A DNA stretch of 18,974 nucleotides from an uncultured Gemmatimonadales bacterium (GTDB taxonomy: Bacteria > Gemmatimonadota > Gemmatimonadetes > Gemmatimonadales > GWC2-71-9), in NCBI GenBank assembly GCA_963821525.1, contig CAWGED010000013.1, forward strand, positions 1 through 18,974. Reading direction: 5' to 3'. The notes beneath the pieces were generated by a model. It was given only the letters and a program-made list of their open reading frames with translations. It had not been told where the DNA came from and ran no database searches. Made by a program: the position numbers and the translations under genes. Shown piece after piece: positions 18,710-18,974 of the stretch (positions are counted from its first letter, which is position 1; every line of letters starts with the position of its first letter).

Positions 18710-18730
18710 GGAGGAAGGGTAATTAAGACC

Positions 18731-18854
18731 GGGAACAGGGAACAGGGAGACGGGAGACGGAACACGGGAACGGGCTGAACGGGTTGAACGGGAGGCCGGA
18801 AGGTGGGTATGCATTCAGTAGCGGCCTGTTCCCGGTTCCCTGTTCCCCGTTCCC
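18731..18854. repeat. Heptamer tandem inverted repeat (GGGAACA / TGTTCCC) between divergent genes
   Basis: Left arm gggaaca gggaaca gggagac gggagac ggaacac gggaac. Right arm tgttccc ggttccc tgttccc cgttccc (18827-18854). Confidence 0.9.
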
Positions 18855-18864
18855 GCTTCTGGCA

Positions 18865-18974
18865 ATGCGCTTCACCACCTACTCCAAGTTCGTTCCCGGC
18901 CTCGCCGAGGCGGTGAATCTCCAGTCGTTGCTGGATGAGCTGGGAGATTTCCTGCTACAGTCGGGCTTTTCGGG
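18865..18974 (+). CDS. 5' end of a gene running off the window, probably the VWA-domain partner of the AAA+ ATPase
   Basis: Open frame MRFTTYSKFVPGLAEAVNLQSLLDELGDFLLQSGFS to the window end. The N-terminus resembles, from memory, VWA proteins found beside this ATPase family. The VWA domain itself is not visible. Confidence 0.5.
   Translation, partial: MRFTTYSKFVPGLAEAVNLQSLLDELGDFLLQSGFS

Noticed and set aside
357..18854. Repeat loci as CRISPR arrays
   Set aside because: Units are 7-9 bp and contiguous, with no unique spacers and no cas genes in the window.
8387..18854. Repeat loci as IS ends or classical MITE/REP copies
   Set aside because: No transposase, no shared sequence among loci and no evident target-site duplications.

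Overview
GC-rich bacterial chromosome segment, plausibly Gemmatimonadota (inferred from gene content and order, not from a search). Many genes carry single-base frameshifts typical of an unpolished long-read consensus. Gene order: fragments of a peptide ABC transporter (binding protein joined directly to a permease tail), dacB, sixA, an FprA-type ferredoxin-NADP reductase, a hypothetical lipoprotein, a GNAT, a PduO-type adenosyltransferase, aroB, a sigma-70 factor, a Lon-N domain protein, glcDEF, a HAD phosphatase, a YgfZ-like protein, a 54-aa lipoprotein missed by the ORF track (-), a Mg-chelatase/MoxR-like AAA+ ATPase, a cytidylate-kinase-like protein (-), an MFS transporter (-) and the start of a probable VWA protein. 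There are no RNA genes, CRISPR arrays or transposases. The most unusual signal is non-coding: six intergenic gaps hold tandem 7-bp repeats, each with a different unit. Five are paired as purine-rich and pyrimidine-rich inverted arms, and five abut leaderless-type -10 boxes. A 9-bp-period version appears to encode the dacB signal peptide, and a DnaA-box-like cluster precedes the sigma gene.
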